DNA of 64,000 bases from Okamejei kenojei. Lineage: Eukaryota. The stretch is from positions 71,548,001 to 71,612,000 of the forward strand of contig CM069138.1 of NCBI GenBank assembly GCA_035221665.1, given 5' to 3'. Below are positions 63,691 through 64,000 of this stretch, piece by piece (positions within the stretch are counted from its first letter, which is position 1; the number at the start of each line of letters is the position of its first letter). The notes under the pieces are model-generated. The model searched no databases. It saw only the letters and a list, made by a program, of their open reading frames with translations, and was not told where the DNA came from. The position numbers were made by a program, and so were the translations under genes.

Positions 63691-64000
63691 CTCGGTGACA
63701 CAATAATTTCTGTGGAGTCTAAAGGATCATCCATGGTTTTGGAAATTACTGCAAGCCATGCCTCTATCAGAGAGTGCCAGGCACTTGCCAGATTGCTTCA
63801 TTGGCTTGCTTGATTGATGTCTCCAGATTTCCTATTTAATCCAAATGAACCCAAGGCCTAATTCCATTTGGGTGTCAGACTGGCATCTTCAGGCATGTGT
63901 CCCGAGTTTGCTGGATGTCCGCCTGAGATGAATTCCTGCCCCTTGCAGGTACTGAGTACTTCATCACTACCTCATAAAGTCCCAAATGCTTCATAGCTAA

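Overview
Vertebrate genomic DNA, most likely a cartilaginous fish (skate or ray), inferred from its tRNA-SINE, CR1 and Penelope repeat families. The window holds the 5' half of ESRRG (estrogen-related receptor gamma) on the + strand. Five GT-AG coding exons (968-1023, 24723-25135, 28027-28143, 57647-57757, 60109-60270) splice in frame to [32 protein letters not shown]...[26 protein letters not shown]...[13 protein letters not shown]...WAKHIP. The first and third exons are missing from the ORF track, and the remaining ligand-binding-domain exons were not found in the window. The introns contain a decayed Tc1 transposon, two Harbinger-type MITEs, many CR1 3' ends, tRNA-SINEs, two RTE-like insertions with TSDs, and a series of Penelope-like insertions. 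Several of the Penelope insertions are head-to-head inverted and carry a minimal hammerhead-like core. The least expected observations are three inverted duplications of apparently unique DNA (a perfect 99-bp pair 1.6 kb apart, a palindrome centred on (AT)n, and a palindrome split at its apex by an insertion), a strong-context uORF overlapping the long-isoform start codon, and a candidate 43-nt cassette exon. I see no evidence for a new protein-coding system; almost all other ORFs are chance ORFs or repeat-derived. Repeat boundaries without a TSD are approximate, and family names come from recognition rather than a database search.
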